From assembly GCA_026646885.1 (NCBI GenBank), contig JAPKHK010000010.1, positions 6,703 through 38,702 on the forward strand: a DNA stretch of 32,000 nucleotides, read 5' to 3'. The DNA comes from Casimicrobiaceae bacterium (GTDB lineage: Bacteria > Pseudomonadota > Gammaproteobacteria > Burkholderiales > Casimicrobiaceae). Below are positions 1 through 8,719 of this stretch, piece by piece. The notes under the pieces are model-generated. The model was not told the DNA's origin and made no database searches. It saw nothing but the letters and a program-made list of their open reading frames with translations. The position numbers and the translations under genes were made by a program. The stretch's first letter is position 1; each line of letters opens with the position of its first letter.

Positions 1-1
1 G

Positions 2-1141
2 AAAATCATGCTCGACGCCATCAACACCGGCGTGTCGGACATCCATCTCGAACCCTATGAAAAGTATTATCGAATCCGCTATCGTTTGGACGGCGTGCTG
101 ATGGAGGTGGCGCAGCCCCCTCTGGTCATCAAGGACAAGATTGCCTCGCGCATCAAGGTGATTTCGAAACTCGACATCGCCGAGAAGCGTGTGCCCCAGG
201 ACGGCCGGCTCAAGCTGGTGCTGTCGAAAAACCGCGCCATCGACTTTCGGGTGAGCACGCTCCCCACGCTCTATGGCGAGAAGATCGTAATGCGTATTCT
301 CGACTCCAGCAGCGCGATGCTGGGGATCGACGCTCTGGGCTACGACCCGGATCAGCGCGAATACCTGCTCGACGCTATCCGCCGCCCCTACGGAATGATT
401 TTGGTGACGGGTCCCACCGGCAGCGGCAAGACGGTATCGCTCTACACTTGTCTGAACATCCTCAACGAGCCGGGCATCAATATTTCCACTGCCGAAGACC
501 CGGCGGAAATCAACCTCCCAGGTATCAATCAGGTCAACGTCAACGAAAAGGCCGGCCTCACTTTCGCCTCGGCGCTACGCGCTTTTCTGCGCCAGGACCC
601 GGACATCATCATGGTGGGCGAGGTGCGCGACCTGGAGACCGCGGATATCGCCATCAAGGCAGCACAGACCGGCCACCTAGTCCTGTCAACGCTGCACACT
701 AATGACGCTGCCACCACCCTCACGCGGTTGATGAACATGGGTGTCGCACCCTTCAACGTGGCTTCCAGCGTCATTCTCATTTCCGCGCAACGTTTGGCAC
801 GACGCCTCTGCGCGCAGTGCAAACACCCCGTGGAGATCCCGCAGGAAGCGCTCATGCGCGCCGGTTTTGCGCAGGAGGATCTCGACGGCAGCTGGATTCC
901 CTATGGCCCCGTCGGTTGCGAAAATTGCAAGCAGACCGGCTACAAGGGGCGGGTGGGCATTTACGAGGTTATGCCCATCACCGACGAGATGAGCCGGCTG
1001 ATCATGCGCGGAGCCAATGCCAAGGAAATTTCCGACCAGGCGCGCAGAGAGGGCGTTCGCACCCTGCGCCATTCTGGTCTCCTGAAAATAAAAGCCGGCG
1101 TGACCTCGCTCGAGGAAATCGAAGCGGTCACCAACGACTAA
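2..1141 (+). CDS. pilB: Type IV pilus assembly ATPase PilB, C-terminal part. The gene starts upstream of the window.
   Basis: The frame is open from position 2. Walker A GPTGSGKT, Walker [13 protein letters not shown], His-box [10 protein letters not shown], and a tetracysteine CAQC...CENC typical of GspE/PilB ATPases. Followed by pilC and pilD. Confidence 0.93.
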   Translation, partial: KIMLDAINTGVSDIHLEPYEKYYRIRYRLDGVLMEVAQPPLVIKDKIASRIKVISKLDIAEKRVPQDGRLKLVLSKNRAIDFRVSTLPTLYGEKIVMRILDSSSAMLGIDALGYDPDQREYLLDAIRRPYGMILVTGPTGSGKTVSLYTCLNILNEPGINISTAEDPAEINLPGINQVNVNEKAGLTFASALRAFLRQDPDIIMVGEVRDLETADIAIKAAQTGHLVLSTLHTNDAATTLTRLMNMGVAPFNVASSVILISAQRLARRLCAQCKHPVEIPQEALMRAGFAQEDLDGSWIPYGPVGCENCKQTGYKGRVGIYEVMPITDEMSRLIMRGANAKEISDQARREGVRTLRHSGLLKIKAGVTSLEEIEAVTND

Positions 1142-1160
1142 TTGCGACGAGGAAGACATT

Positions 1161-2387
1161 ATGGCTACTGCAACTGCGGTTCGTGGCAAGGATGTGAAGC
1201 AGTACAACTACTTTTGGGAAGGCGTGGACCGCGGCAACAAGCAGGTCCGCGGCGAGCTTCGCGCGCCTTCAGAAACGGTGGTCATTGCCACGCTGCGCCG
1301 CCAAGGCGTGCGGGTACTCAAGGTCAAACGGCAGACTCTGCGCGGTGGCGGCCGGATCACCGAGAAAGACATTACGTTCTTCACGCGCCAGCTCGCGACC
1401 ATGATGAAAGCGGGCGTGCCGCTCCTGCAGTCCTTCGATATCGTCGCACGAGGCCACTCCAATCCGCGGGTGTCGCGCCTGCTCCTGGAAATCAAGGGAG
1501 ATGTCGAGTCGGGCAGCGCCCTCAACCAGGCATTTCGCAAGCACCCGCTTTATTTCGACAACCTCTATTGCGACCTGATCGCGGCCGGCGAATCCGCCGG
1601 TGTCTTGGATGCCATTCTCGATCGTCTGGCCACCTATAAAGAGAAAATTCTCGCCATCAAGGGAAAGATCAAGTCCGCGCTTTTCTATCCGGCTGCGGTA
1701 ATTGTAGTGGCGGTCGTCGTCGTCGCCGTCATCATGTTGTTCGTGGTGCCCGCCTTCAAGCAGGTCTTTGCCAGCTTTGGCGCCGAGCTCCCCACGCCGA
1801 CCCTCATCGTCATCACCATCTCCGATTTCGTCGTTCAGTATTGGTGGGTTTTCGCGGGCATGGTTGCGGCCGGAATAGTCGCCTTCGTGTACGCGTTTCG
1901 AACATCCCAGAAGTTCCGCGATGCCATCGACCGGCTTTCCCTCAAGATTCCCGTGATCGGCGAAGTACTTCGCAAAGCAACCATCGCGCGCTGGTGTCGA
2001 ACGCTGCAGACCATGTTCGCCGCGGGTGTGCCGCTGGTTGAATCGCTCAATTCCGTAGCCGGCAGCGCGGGAAACGCCATTTATCGCGACGCGACCAAGA
2101 AGATTCAAAGCGAGGTCGCCACCGGCACGAGCCTGACCGTCTCGATGCAGAATCGCGAGGTGTTCCCCAACATGGTGGTTCAGATGACGCAGATCGGCGA
2201 GGAGTCTGGCTCCCTCGATGCAATGCTCGGCCGGGTTGCGGACTTCTACGAGAGAGAAGTCGACGAGGCCATCGATGCCTTATCGAGCCTGATCGAGCCG
2301 CTGATCATGGTCTTCCTCGGCGTCGTGATTGGCGGACTGGTCGTGGCGATGTACCTACCGATCTTCAAACTCGGGGCGGTCATCTAG
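1161..2387 (+). CDS. pilC: Type IV pilus inner-membrane platform protein PilC (GspF family)
   Basis: 408 aa with two GspF-like repeats and hydrophobic segments. C-terminal EPLIMVFLGVVIGGLVVAMYLPIF motif. Sits in pilB-pilC-pilD synteny. Confidence 0.93.
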   Translation: MATATAVRGKDVKQYNYFWEGVDRGNKQVRGELRAPSETVVIATLRRQGVRVLKVKRQTLRGGGRITEKDITFFTRQLATMMKAGVPLLQSFDIVARGHSNPRVSRLLLEIKGDVESGSALNQAFRKHPLYFDNLYCDLIAAGESAGVLDAILDRLATYKEKILAIKGKIKSALFYPAAVIVVAVVVVAVIMLFVVPAFKQVFASFGAELPTPTLIVITISDFVVQYWWVFAGMVAAGIVAFVYAFRTSQKFRDAIDRLSLKIPVIGEVLRKATIARWCRTLQTMFAAGVPLVESLNSVAGSAGNAIYRDATKKIQSEVATGTSLTVSMQNREVFPNMVVQMTQIGEESGSLDAMLGRVADFYEREVDEAIDALSSLIEPLIMVFLGVVIGGLVVAMYLPIFKLGAVI

Positions 2388-2402
2388 CGGATTATTGGCG
2401 CA

Positions 2403-3248
2403 ATGCAATTCCTTGCCCAGTATCCGAGCGTGTTTGCGCTCGGGGCGATGATCTGCGGTCTGATGATCGGCAGCTTTCTCAATGTGGTTATACATCGCCT
2501 CCCCAGGATGCTAGAGCGCGAATGGGCCGCGCAATGCGAGGAACTCGCCGGCAACGAGCTTGTAGAGGACGAGCCCTACAATCTCGCTGTGCCGGCTTCG
2601 CATTGCCCAGCCTGCAATCATAAGATCACGGCGCTGGAGAACATTCCGGTCTTGAGCTATCTGGTCCTGCGTGGGCGCTGCTCGGCGTGCGGTACACGCA
2701 TTTCCGCACGATACCCATTGGTCGAGGCGCTGGCCGGGCTAGGTTCTGCCGCCGCGGCATTCGCTTTCGGGCCGAGTTGGGCCGCCCTCGGTGCGGCGCT
2801 GCTGATCTGGACGATGATTGCGCTCACCTTCATCGACCTCGATACGCAGCTTCTGCCCGATGACCTGACGCTGCCGCTTTTGTGGCTGGGCCTGGTCTTC
2901 AACCTCTTCGGGACATTCACCGACCTCCATAGCGCGGTCGTTGGCGCCATGGCGGGCTACCTGTCCTTGTGGGCGGTTTATTGGCTGTTCAAATTGATAC
3001 GCGGTAAGGAAGGCATGGGTTATGGCGACTTTAAGCTGCTGGCGGCCATCGGTGCGTGGCTGGGCTGGCAGGTGCTGCCCATCGTGGTTTTTTTCTCCTC
3101 CTTGGTCGGCGCGATCACGGCAATCACCATGCTGACCTTGCGCGGCGGGGATCACCAGCAACCCATCCCCTTCGGACCGTACCTTGCCGTCGCAGGCGTG
3201 TTGGCTCTGTTCTGGGGCCGACCGCTGATGACCTGGTATCTAGGTTGA
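2403..3248 (+). CDS. pilD: Prepilin peptidase / N-methyltransferase PilD (A24 family)
   Basis: 281 aa polytopic protein. Cys pairs CPACNHKI...CSACG, conserved GMGYGDFKLLAA aspartyl-peptidase motif, pil synteny. Confidence 0.93.
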   Translation: MQFLAQYPSVFALGAMICGLMIGSFLNVVIHRLPRMLEREWAAQCEELAGNELVEDEPYNLAVPASHCPACNHKITALENIPVLSYLVLRGRCSACGTRISARYPLVEALAGLGSAAAAFAFGPSWAALGAALLIWTMIALTFIDLDTQLLPDDLTLPLLWLGLVFNLFGTFTDLHSAVVGAMAGYLSLWAVYWLFKLIRGKEGMGYGDFKLLAAIGAWLGWQVLPIVVFFSSLVGAITAITMLTLRGGDHQQPIPFGPYLAVAGVLALFWGRPLMTWYLG

Positions 3249-3261
3249 GCCGAGCGCGGAG

Positions 3262-3915
3262 ATGCCCCTAGTCATTGGTCTCACCGGGGGCATCGGATCG
3301 GGGAAGAGCACCGTCGCCGAACGCTTCGCCGCACGCGGCGCCGATCTGGTCGATGCCGATGCCATTGCCCACGAGCTTTCACGCCAGGGAGCACCCGGCT
3401 GGGAAGCGGTGCGAGCTGCCTTTGGCGACGCGGTCTTGCGCGCCGATGGCGAACTCGATCGCGCCCAGCTGCGCAATCTGGTCTTCCGTGATCCGGCCGC
3501 CAAGGTCAAACTCGAAGCCGCCTTGCATCCCCTGATCGGCGCCGAAATCGGCCGACGCATGGCCGGCTGGCAAGCGCCTTACGGACTCCTGATGGTGCCG
3601 CTGCTAATCGAGGGCGGGCGCTACCGCGATCAGATCGACCGGCTGCTGGTGGTCGACTGCCCGGAGGCCGAGCAGATTCGCCGGGTCATGGCGCGCAGCC
3701 ATCTGAGCGAGGTCGAGGTCCGCAACATCATGGCAGCGCAAGTCAGTCGCGCCGATCGCCTCGCGGAGGCAACCGAGATCATCGACAACGGCGGGACCTT
3801 GGCCAGCTTGGAACCTCAAGTCGATGCCCTGGATCGCCAATATCGGGAGCTTGCCGCGAACGCCGGAGCGTCCCTCCAGGAAAAAAAGGCAGCCAAGAAC
3901 CGAACACCCGTTTGA
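3262..3915 (+). CDS. coaE: Dephospho-CoA kinase
   Basis: N-terminal P-loop IGLTGGIGSGKST. The size and the position after pilD match the conserved pilBCD-coaE arrangement. The C-terminal tail is longer than usual. Confidence 0.9.
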   Translation: MPLVIGLTGGIGSGKSTVAERFAARGADLVDADAIAHELSRQGAPGWEAVRAAFGDAVLRADGELDRAQLRNLVFRDPAAKVKLEAALHPLIGAEIGRRMAGWQAPYGLLMVPLLIEGGRYRDQIDRLLVVDCPEAEQIRRVMARSHLSEVEVRNIMAAQVSRADRLAEATEIIDNGGTLASLEPQVDALDRQYRELAANAGASLQEKKAAKNRTPV

Positions 3916-3971
3916 AACTAACGCGTTTTGTAGCAGAATCTTTCCTATAAGATCTTTTTCGAGCCGCCAGC

Positions 3972-4730
3972 GTGATCCGTTACGAATTTCCGCTCAACGA
4001 ACGCGTGCGCATCCTGATGCGGCTCGAAGACATTTTTCGCCGAGCCCATTTTTTCCTCGCGAAGGATGATGCCATAGAGCATCATGCCGCCCTGCTGGCG
4101 CTGTTCGAGATCGTCGACGTAGCCGCGCGCGCCGACTTGAAGTCCGACATCCTGCAGGAGCTGGAGCGCCAACGGCAGATCTTCCTCGGCTGGCGCAACA
4201 ACCCATCGATCGCGCAAGACACGCTCGAAGAGATCATCGCCCAGATCGAGGAGGTCGGCGCCGAACTCCATTCTCTACAGGGAAAACTGGGTCAGCACAT
4301 GCGCGCGAGCGAGTGGCTGATGGGCGTCAAACAGCGGGCCAGCCTGCCGGGCGGTGTTTGCGAGTTCGATCTACCCGGCTACCACTACTGGCTCAATCTA
4401 TCGGCACAGGCTCGCCGCGCCGATCTTCGCTCATGGCTTGAGCCAATGCTGCCCGTGGAGAGTGCGCTGGGTATATTGCTGCGTCTCATGCGCGACAGCG
4501 GCAAGGTGGTGCACCATACTGCCCTGCACGGAGTGTTTCAGTTGATGCTCACGACGTCCAAGACCGCTCAGCTATTGCGCGTGGGGATCGAGGAGACCCT
4601 GGCCTGCGTGCCCGAAGTCAGTGCCAACAAATACGCCCTCAACGTGCGCTTTCTCGAACCGAGCCGCGGCGAGCGCCCGCGGCCTGTCGAGTGCAATGTC
4701 GAATTCGAGCTGGCTTTCTGCAACTTATGA
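3972..4730 (+). CDS. zapD: Cell division protein ZapD (YacF family)
   Basis: GTG start. The N-terminus [21 protein letters not shown] is typical of ZapD. Conserved coaE-zapD-yacG synteny. Confidence 0.85.
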   Translation: MIRYEFPLNERVRILMRLEDIFRRAHFFLAKDDAIEHHAALLALFEIVDVAARADLKSDILQELERQRQIFLGWRNNPSIAQDTLEEIIAQIEEVGAELHSLQGKLGQHMRASEWLMGVKQRASLPGGVCEFDLPGYHYWLNLSAQARRADLRSWLEPMLPVESALGILLRLMRDSGKVVHHTALHGVFQLMLTTSKTAQLLRVGIEETLACVPEVSANKYALNVRFLEPSRGERPRPVECNVEFELAFCNL

Positions 4731-4918
4731 AATCCGCCCGCCTCGTGCCTTGCCCCGCCTGCGGAAAGATCGCGCCTTGGAGCACCGAGAATCGCTTTCG
4801 CCCGTTCTGCTCGGAGCGTTGCAAGACGATCGATCTTGCGGCCTGGGCCACCGAGCAATACCGTGTCGCCCCCGAAAACGGCGGTGACGAAAGCCGGTTG
4901 CACGAATCGGATCAATAG
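4727..4918 (+). CDS. yacG: DNA gyrase inhibitor YacG (zinc finger)
   Basis: The ATG at 4727 overlaps the zapD stop (ATGA). CPACGK...PFCSERCK zinc-binding pattern. I prefer this start over the track start at 4691. Confidence 0.85.
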   Translation: MKSARLVPCPACGKIAPWSTENRFRPFCSERCKTIDLAAWATEQYRVAPENGGDESRLHESDQ

Positions 4919-5697
4919 CTCCTTTTCGTCTGTAGCAAGCGCCTGTCACCTCTCTCGAGCGCGAGGCAGGTGAGCACACCGCTCGCATAAGCGCCTGTGT
5001 CTATGCCGATGCGATTGCGGCGCACCTCTGGTTCGGGTGCGATGCAATGACCATGCACCACCACGGCTCCGTGATCGACCTGCGCTTGCAAGAAGCGCTG
5101 GCGAATCCACACCAGATCGCGGGGGAGTTGCGCGCCGAGAGGCACACCAGGCCGCACCCCCGCGTGCACGAAGAAGTAGTCTCCCTCCCGATGGGTTAGT
5201 GGCAGGCCTTCGAGGAAGCTGCGATGGGCTTGGGGCAAAGCCGCGAGAAGTCCTTCACGAAGTTCGCTGAGCAGAGCCGGGGCGCGCGCGGCTGGGTCGG
5301 CCATCGGCAATCCGTATTGCGCCAAAACCACTGTTCCGCCGTAATTCAGCCAGTGCCGCCCAGTGCGCAGATCGCCGGCGATGAATCGCAGCATCAGATC
5401 TTCATGATTTCCCTTCAGGGCAATGACTTCCCAGCCCGGGGGCCGAAAACTCAGCACTCGCTCGACCACCGCGCGGCTATCGCGGCCGCGGCTGAAATAG
5501 TCGCCGAGGTACACCAGCACGTAGCGACGCGCCTGGCGTCTGGTCGCGTCGAGCAATATCCCGGCTTGAATCTCGGCAAGCAGGTCATCTCGGCCGTGAA
5601 TGTCCCCGATGGCATAGACCACTGTGTCTTCCGGAACCTCGCCCAGCGGCGCCGGCTCGCCCGGTGGCGGTAGGGCTTCACGCCAAGTGAGCGCCAT
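4912..5697 (-). CDS. Calcineurin-like metallophosphoesterase (PPP / ApaH-PrpA-like Ser/Thr phosphatase family)
   Basis: Motifs [15 protein letters not shown] (a GDxxDRG variant), GNHE, VHAG, VHGH. Starts 15 nt after the stop of the PaaK-like gene, so it is the last gene of the long minus-strand operon. Confidence 0.8.
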   Translation of the reverse strand: MALTWREALPPPGEPAPLGEVPEDTVVYAIGDIHGRDDLLAEIQAGILLDATRRQARRYVLVYLGDYFSRGRDSRAVVERVLSFRPPGWEVIALKGNHEDLMLRFIAGDLRTGRHWLNYGGTVVLAQYGLPMADPAARAPALLSELREGLLAALPQAHRSFLEGLPLTHREGDYFFVHAGVRPGVPLGAQLPRDLVWIRQRFLQAQVDHGAVVVHGHCIAPEPEVRRNRIGIDTGAYASGVLTCLALERGDRRLLQTKRSY

Positions 5698-5712
5698 CGT
5701 GCCGCGCCCGCG

Positions 5713-7008
5713 TTAACGCTGCACGTGAAAACGCTTGGCCTTGAGCTCGAAGCGCGGTAGCGAATTGCGCGGCAGACTGTGCACCCTGGGCCGGAAAGAA
5801 AGCATGGAGTCCAGGCGCTCGGCAATGGCATGCACGAGGTTCGGATCGGCCCCCTCGCAAAGCTCGACCTCCACGTCCATCTCGTCCATCTGCCGAACCT
5901 TGTTCACGGTGATGCGAAACTCGTCCACCTCGCTGAACTTGCGCAGAATGTTCTCCACTCCAGCGGGAAAGACATTCACTCCCCGCACGGTCACCATGTC
6001 GTCAGCACGCCCGATGATGCCGCCCTCGAAGCGCAACGAGGTGCGCCCGCATTCGCAGCGCTTGGTGGTGGTACGAACGATATCGCCGGTCTTGTAGCGA
6101 ATGATGGGGAATCCCCAGCGCCCGAGGTTAGTGATCACTAGTTCGCCGCGCTCTCCCTCGGCGACGGGCTTACCGGTGCTCGGATCAAGCACTTCGGCGA
6201 TGTACTCACTCTCGATGAGATGCGTTCCCCCCGGCTGCATGCTGCATTCGAACGAATGCGCGCCCACTTCAGTGGCTCCGGCATGGTCGAAGCACTTCGC
6301 GCGCCAGGCGTCCTCGATGCGCGCCTTGGTGGCGGGAACGTTGGCTCCGGGCTCGCCCGCGTGCACCGTTGCCTTGATCGGAATGCTCGCGAGGTCGAAG
6401 CCGATCTCGCGCGCCACCTCTGCCAAGCGCAGGGCATAAGTGGGCGTGCAGCAAAGCACGGTGGCGCCCACATCGCGCATGAGCTCCAGGCGCTGGGGCG
6501 AATCGCGCCCGCCGCCCGGAATCATCATCGCGCCCAAGCGCCGCGCCCCTTCCGTTGCCGCCCAGAAGCCGACGAAGGGTCCGAAGGAAAAGGCCATGAA
6601 AACGCGATCGGCCGCAGTCACCCCAGCCCCGGCAAGCACATGCCCCCAGCAGCGACCCCACCACTGCCAGCCCTCCTCGGTGTCTGGAACCTTGAGCGGC
6701 ACGCCGGTGGTGCCGGATGTCTGGTGATAGCGTACATAGCGATCGACGGGATAGGTGAGGTTGTGCCCAAAGGGGCCGTGTACTGCCTGATCCTCCATTA
6801 GCTCCTGTTTGGTGGTCAAGGGCAAACGGGCAAGATCTGCGAGCGAACGCAGATCCTCCGCAGCCGCTCCCGCCGCTCGCCATTTCGCGGTATAGAACCG
6901 GTTCCGCTCCCAGAGCTCCCGTGCCATGGCCTGAAGCTTGGAGAGCTGCAAGTCCGCCAGTTGCTGGCGCGGCAGTGTCTCAGTGTGGGCGTCGAAATAC
7001 ATAGACAT
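5713..7008 (-). CDS. PaaK-like adenylate-forming ligase (phenylacetate-CoA ligase / coenzyme F390 synthetase family). Substrate unknown.
   Basis: 431 aa. N-terminal LQLSKLQAMARELWERNRFY, AMP-binding motif HQTSGTTG, and later YKTGD. The length and motif order are typical of PaaK-type ligases. Confidence 0.85.
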   Translation of the reverse strand: MSMYFDAHTETLPRQQLADLQLSKLQAMARELWERNRFYTAKWRAAGAAAEDLRSLADLARLPLTTKQELMEDQAVHGPFGHNLTYPVDRYVRYHQTSGTTGVPLKVPDTEEGWQWWGRCWGHVLAGAGVTAADRVFMAFSFGPFVGFWAATEGARRLGAMMIPGGGRDSPQRLELMRDVGATVLCCTPTYALRLAEVAREIGFDLASIPIKATVHAGEPGANVPATKARIEDAWRAKCFDHAGATEVGAHSFECSMQPGGTHLIESEYIAEVLDPSTGKPVAEGERGELVITNLGRWGFPIIRYKTGDIVRTTTKRCECGRTSLRFEGGIIGRADDMVTVRGVNVFPAGVENILRKFSEVDEFRITVNKVRQMDEMDVEVELCEGADPNLVHAIAERLDSMLSFRPRVHSLPRNSLPRFELKAKRFHVQR

Positions 7009-7015
7009 CTTTCGA

Positions 7016-7477
7016 TCAGGGTTGATGGTCGCGCATTTCGGAGTACACCGCTTGCTCCATGCGAAGCATTTCGGCGCGATTCTCCGCCGGCCATTCGTAA
7101 ACCAGCGCAGTAGTCGATACCCCGGGCCATGATTGATCCTTCACGCCGAAAACCTCCATTTCGTACATGGCAATCGAAGCGGGTGTCGCTGCGGCGATGC
7201 GTTCCTTCACTTTGCGCGCACGCCCCTTGATCAAGAACACGACGTTGCCGGACCCGATGATCTGCAGCGAAGCCTGGCCGCTGCGATCGATATTGGTCAT
7301 CGCCGAACCGCCCTGGTCCACTCCAAAGCGCAGGCGCTTGCTATCGAGCGCCAAAACCCAGGTGTAGGCCGAACTGGGATAACCATCCGCTCCGCAGCTC
7401 AACAGCAGCCCCGGCGCGCCGGGCCGAAGAAAACCGACCAACCGATCCGGCAGGTCTTTGGTGATATTGCCAATCAT
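7016..7477 (-). CDS. Pyridoxamine 5-prime-phosphate oxidase-like (split beta-barrel) FMN-binding protein
   Basis: I place the start at ATG 7477, preceded by AGGAG: AGGAGCAGGAAAAATG. This gives 153 aa with a PNPOx-family-like pattern (GLLLSCGADGYPSSAYTWVL...LRFGV...N). The longer track ORF (to 7876) would overlap the upstream gene. Confidence 0.7.
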   Translation of the reverse strand: MIGNITKDLPDRLVGFLRPGAPGLLLSCGADGYPSSAYTWVLALDSKRLRFGVDQGGSAMTNIDRSGQASLQIIGSGNVVFLIKGRARKVKERIAAATPASIAMYEMEVFGVKDQSWPGVSTTALVYEWPAENRAEMLRMEQAVYSEMRDHQP

Positions 7478-7512
7478 TTTTCCTGCTCCTAATTTCACGC
7501 GACGATGCCAGC

Positions 7513-8046
7513 TCAGCAAACCACGCTGACCGTGACCTCGTCGCCATCCTTGACCCCTAGCGTCTGCCGCACCGGAACCGCGGATATCACTTCGAACTTC
7601 TCCGGCGGATAGCCCGGTACTTCGGGAAAAACCACCGCCCCGGTCACACGTCCTGCCACAACGACGTGAAAACACTTGGCCGCACAGAACCCAGGCACCG
7701 GGTTGATAGAAATGCCCGGCTCCTGCGCCAGCACACGCCGGGCTGCCTCCCACTCGGTCCCGTGCAGGCGCAGATTGAACGTGCCTGGATAGGGTTCGAA
7801 ACCCAGCCGCGCCAGGAACTCCCGGCGCACCCATTCGAGCTGAGTGAAGTTCGCGCCCTCGCCCGCTCCCGAGCAAACAGCGCCCACCAGTACCAGTGCC
7901 TTGGCCTCGACTCGCTCGCTCGGCACAGATCCGACGCGCTCCTCGCCCGCAGCCGCGCCTGCCTGCGCAAGCCCCGGATCGGCGCTACCCAACGGCAAAG
8001 TGGTAAGTGCTGCCAGCGCCTGCGAACCCGGTGTGATCAGGGCCAA
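7513..8046 (-). CDS. Homolog of archaeal CTP-dependent riboflavin kinase (RibK / DUF120 fold). The start codon is uncertain.
   Basis: The core GAVCSGAGEGANF...LGFEPYPGTFNLRL...GAVVFPE...KFEVISAVPVRQTLGVKDGDEVTV aligns block by block, from memory, with Methanocaldococcus MJ0056 (GEVVSGLGEGRYF...LGFEPYEGTLNLKL...GAIVVP...LKDGDVIKI). The first ~50 aa are Ala/Gly-rich and may not be translated. An in-frame GTG lies at the SVPSER position. Confidence 0.7.
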   Translation of the reverse strand: MALITPGSQALAALTTLPLGSADPGLAQAGAAAGEERVGSVPSERVEAKALVLVGAVCSGAGEGANFTQLEWVRREFLARLGFEPYPGTFNLRLHGTEWEAARRVLAQEPGISINPVPGFCAAKCFHVVVAGRVTGAVVFPEVPGYPPEKFEVISAVPVRQTLGVKDGDEVTVSVVC

Positions 8047-8134
8047 GAGCGCACCTTCCGCCGCTTGCGCCCGCCGGTCGCGATGCTGTTCCAGCCCGCA
8101 GCCGCGATAAAACGACCCGATTCGGCAATGCCGC

Positions 8135-8719
8135 TCATTTTGCCTTCAGAGCCTCCCTCTCTTCGTTGCCGGTCCAGCGGCGAAAGAGATCGAGATCGAG
8201 ATCAAATTGATCGAGCGCTTTGTTCACCGACTGCATGATGATGTCTTCGAGGGTCTTGGGTCGGTGGTAGAACGCAGGCAGCGGTGGCACCAGCACCGCG
8301 CCGCTTTCGGTGACCTGCGTCATCAGGCGCAAATGCCCTGCATGCAGCGGCGTTTCGCGCAGCATCAATACCAACTTTCTGCGCTCCTTCAGACACACGT
8401 CGGCGGCGCGGATCAACAAATTGGTGTTGAAGCAACTGGCGATGGCCGAGAGTGTCTTGATTGAACAGGGTGCGATCACCATACCGGCGTGCCGGAAGGA
8501 ACCCGAAGAGATGCAAGCGCCGATGTCGTTGATGTCATGCACATGGCTTGCTAGTCTTTTCACGTCCTCGATACCGTAGTCGGTCTCATAGACGATCGTG
8601 CGCTTGGCGGAATCACTCATCACGACGTGCGTTTCCACACCGGTCTTTTGCAGCACTTCCAGGATGCGAATGCCGTAGATCGCGCCACTTGCCCCAGACA
8701 AACCCACCACCAGTTTCAT
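8135..8719 (-). CDS. ubiX: UbiX/Pad1-family flavin prenyltransferase (prenylated-FMN synthase)
   Basis: 194 aa. GLSGASG, SSGSF, APCSIKTLSAIA, RAADVCLKERRKLVLMLRETPL, PPLPAFYH motifs. Its ATG overlaps the stop of the upstream UbiD-like gene (ATGA). Confidence 0.9.
   Translation of the reverse strand: MKLVVGLSGASGAIYGIRILEVLQKTGVETHVVMSDSAKRTIVYETDYGIEDVKRLASHVHDINDIGACISSGSFRHAGMVIAPCSIKTLSAIASCFNTNLLIRAADVCLKERRKLVLMLRETPLHAGHLRLMTQVTESGAVLVPPLPAFYHRPKTLEDIIMQSVNKALDQFDLDLDLFRRWTGNEEREALKAK

Noticed and set aside
7478-7876. N-terminal 133-codon extension of track ORF 7016-7876
   Set aside because: The extension overlaps the riboflavin-kinase-like gene in another frame and is Gly/Arg/Ala-rich. 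An internal ATG at 7477 has a perfect AGGAG RBS and starts the PNPOx-like homology.
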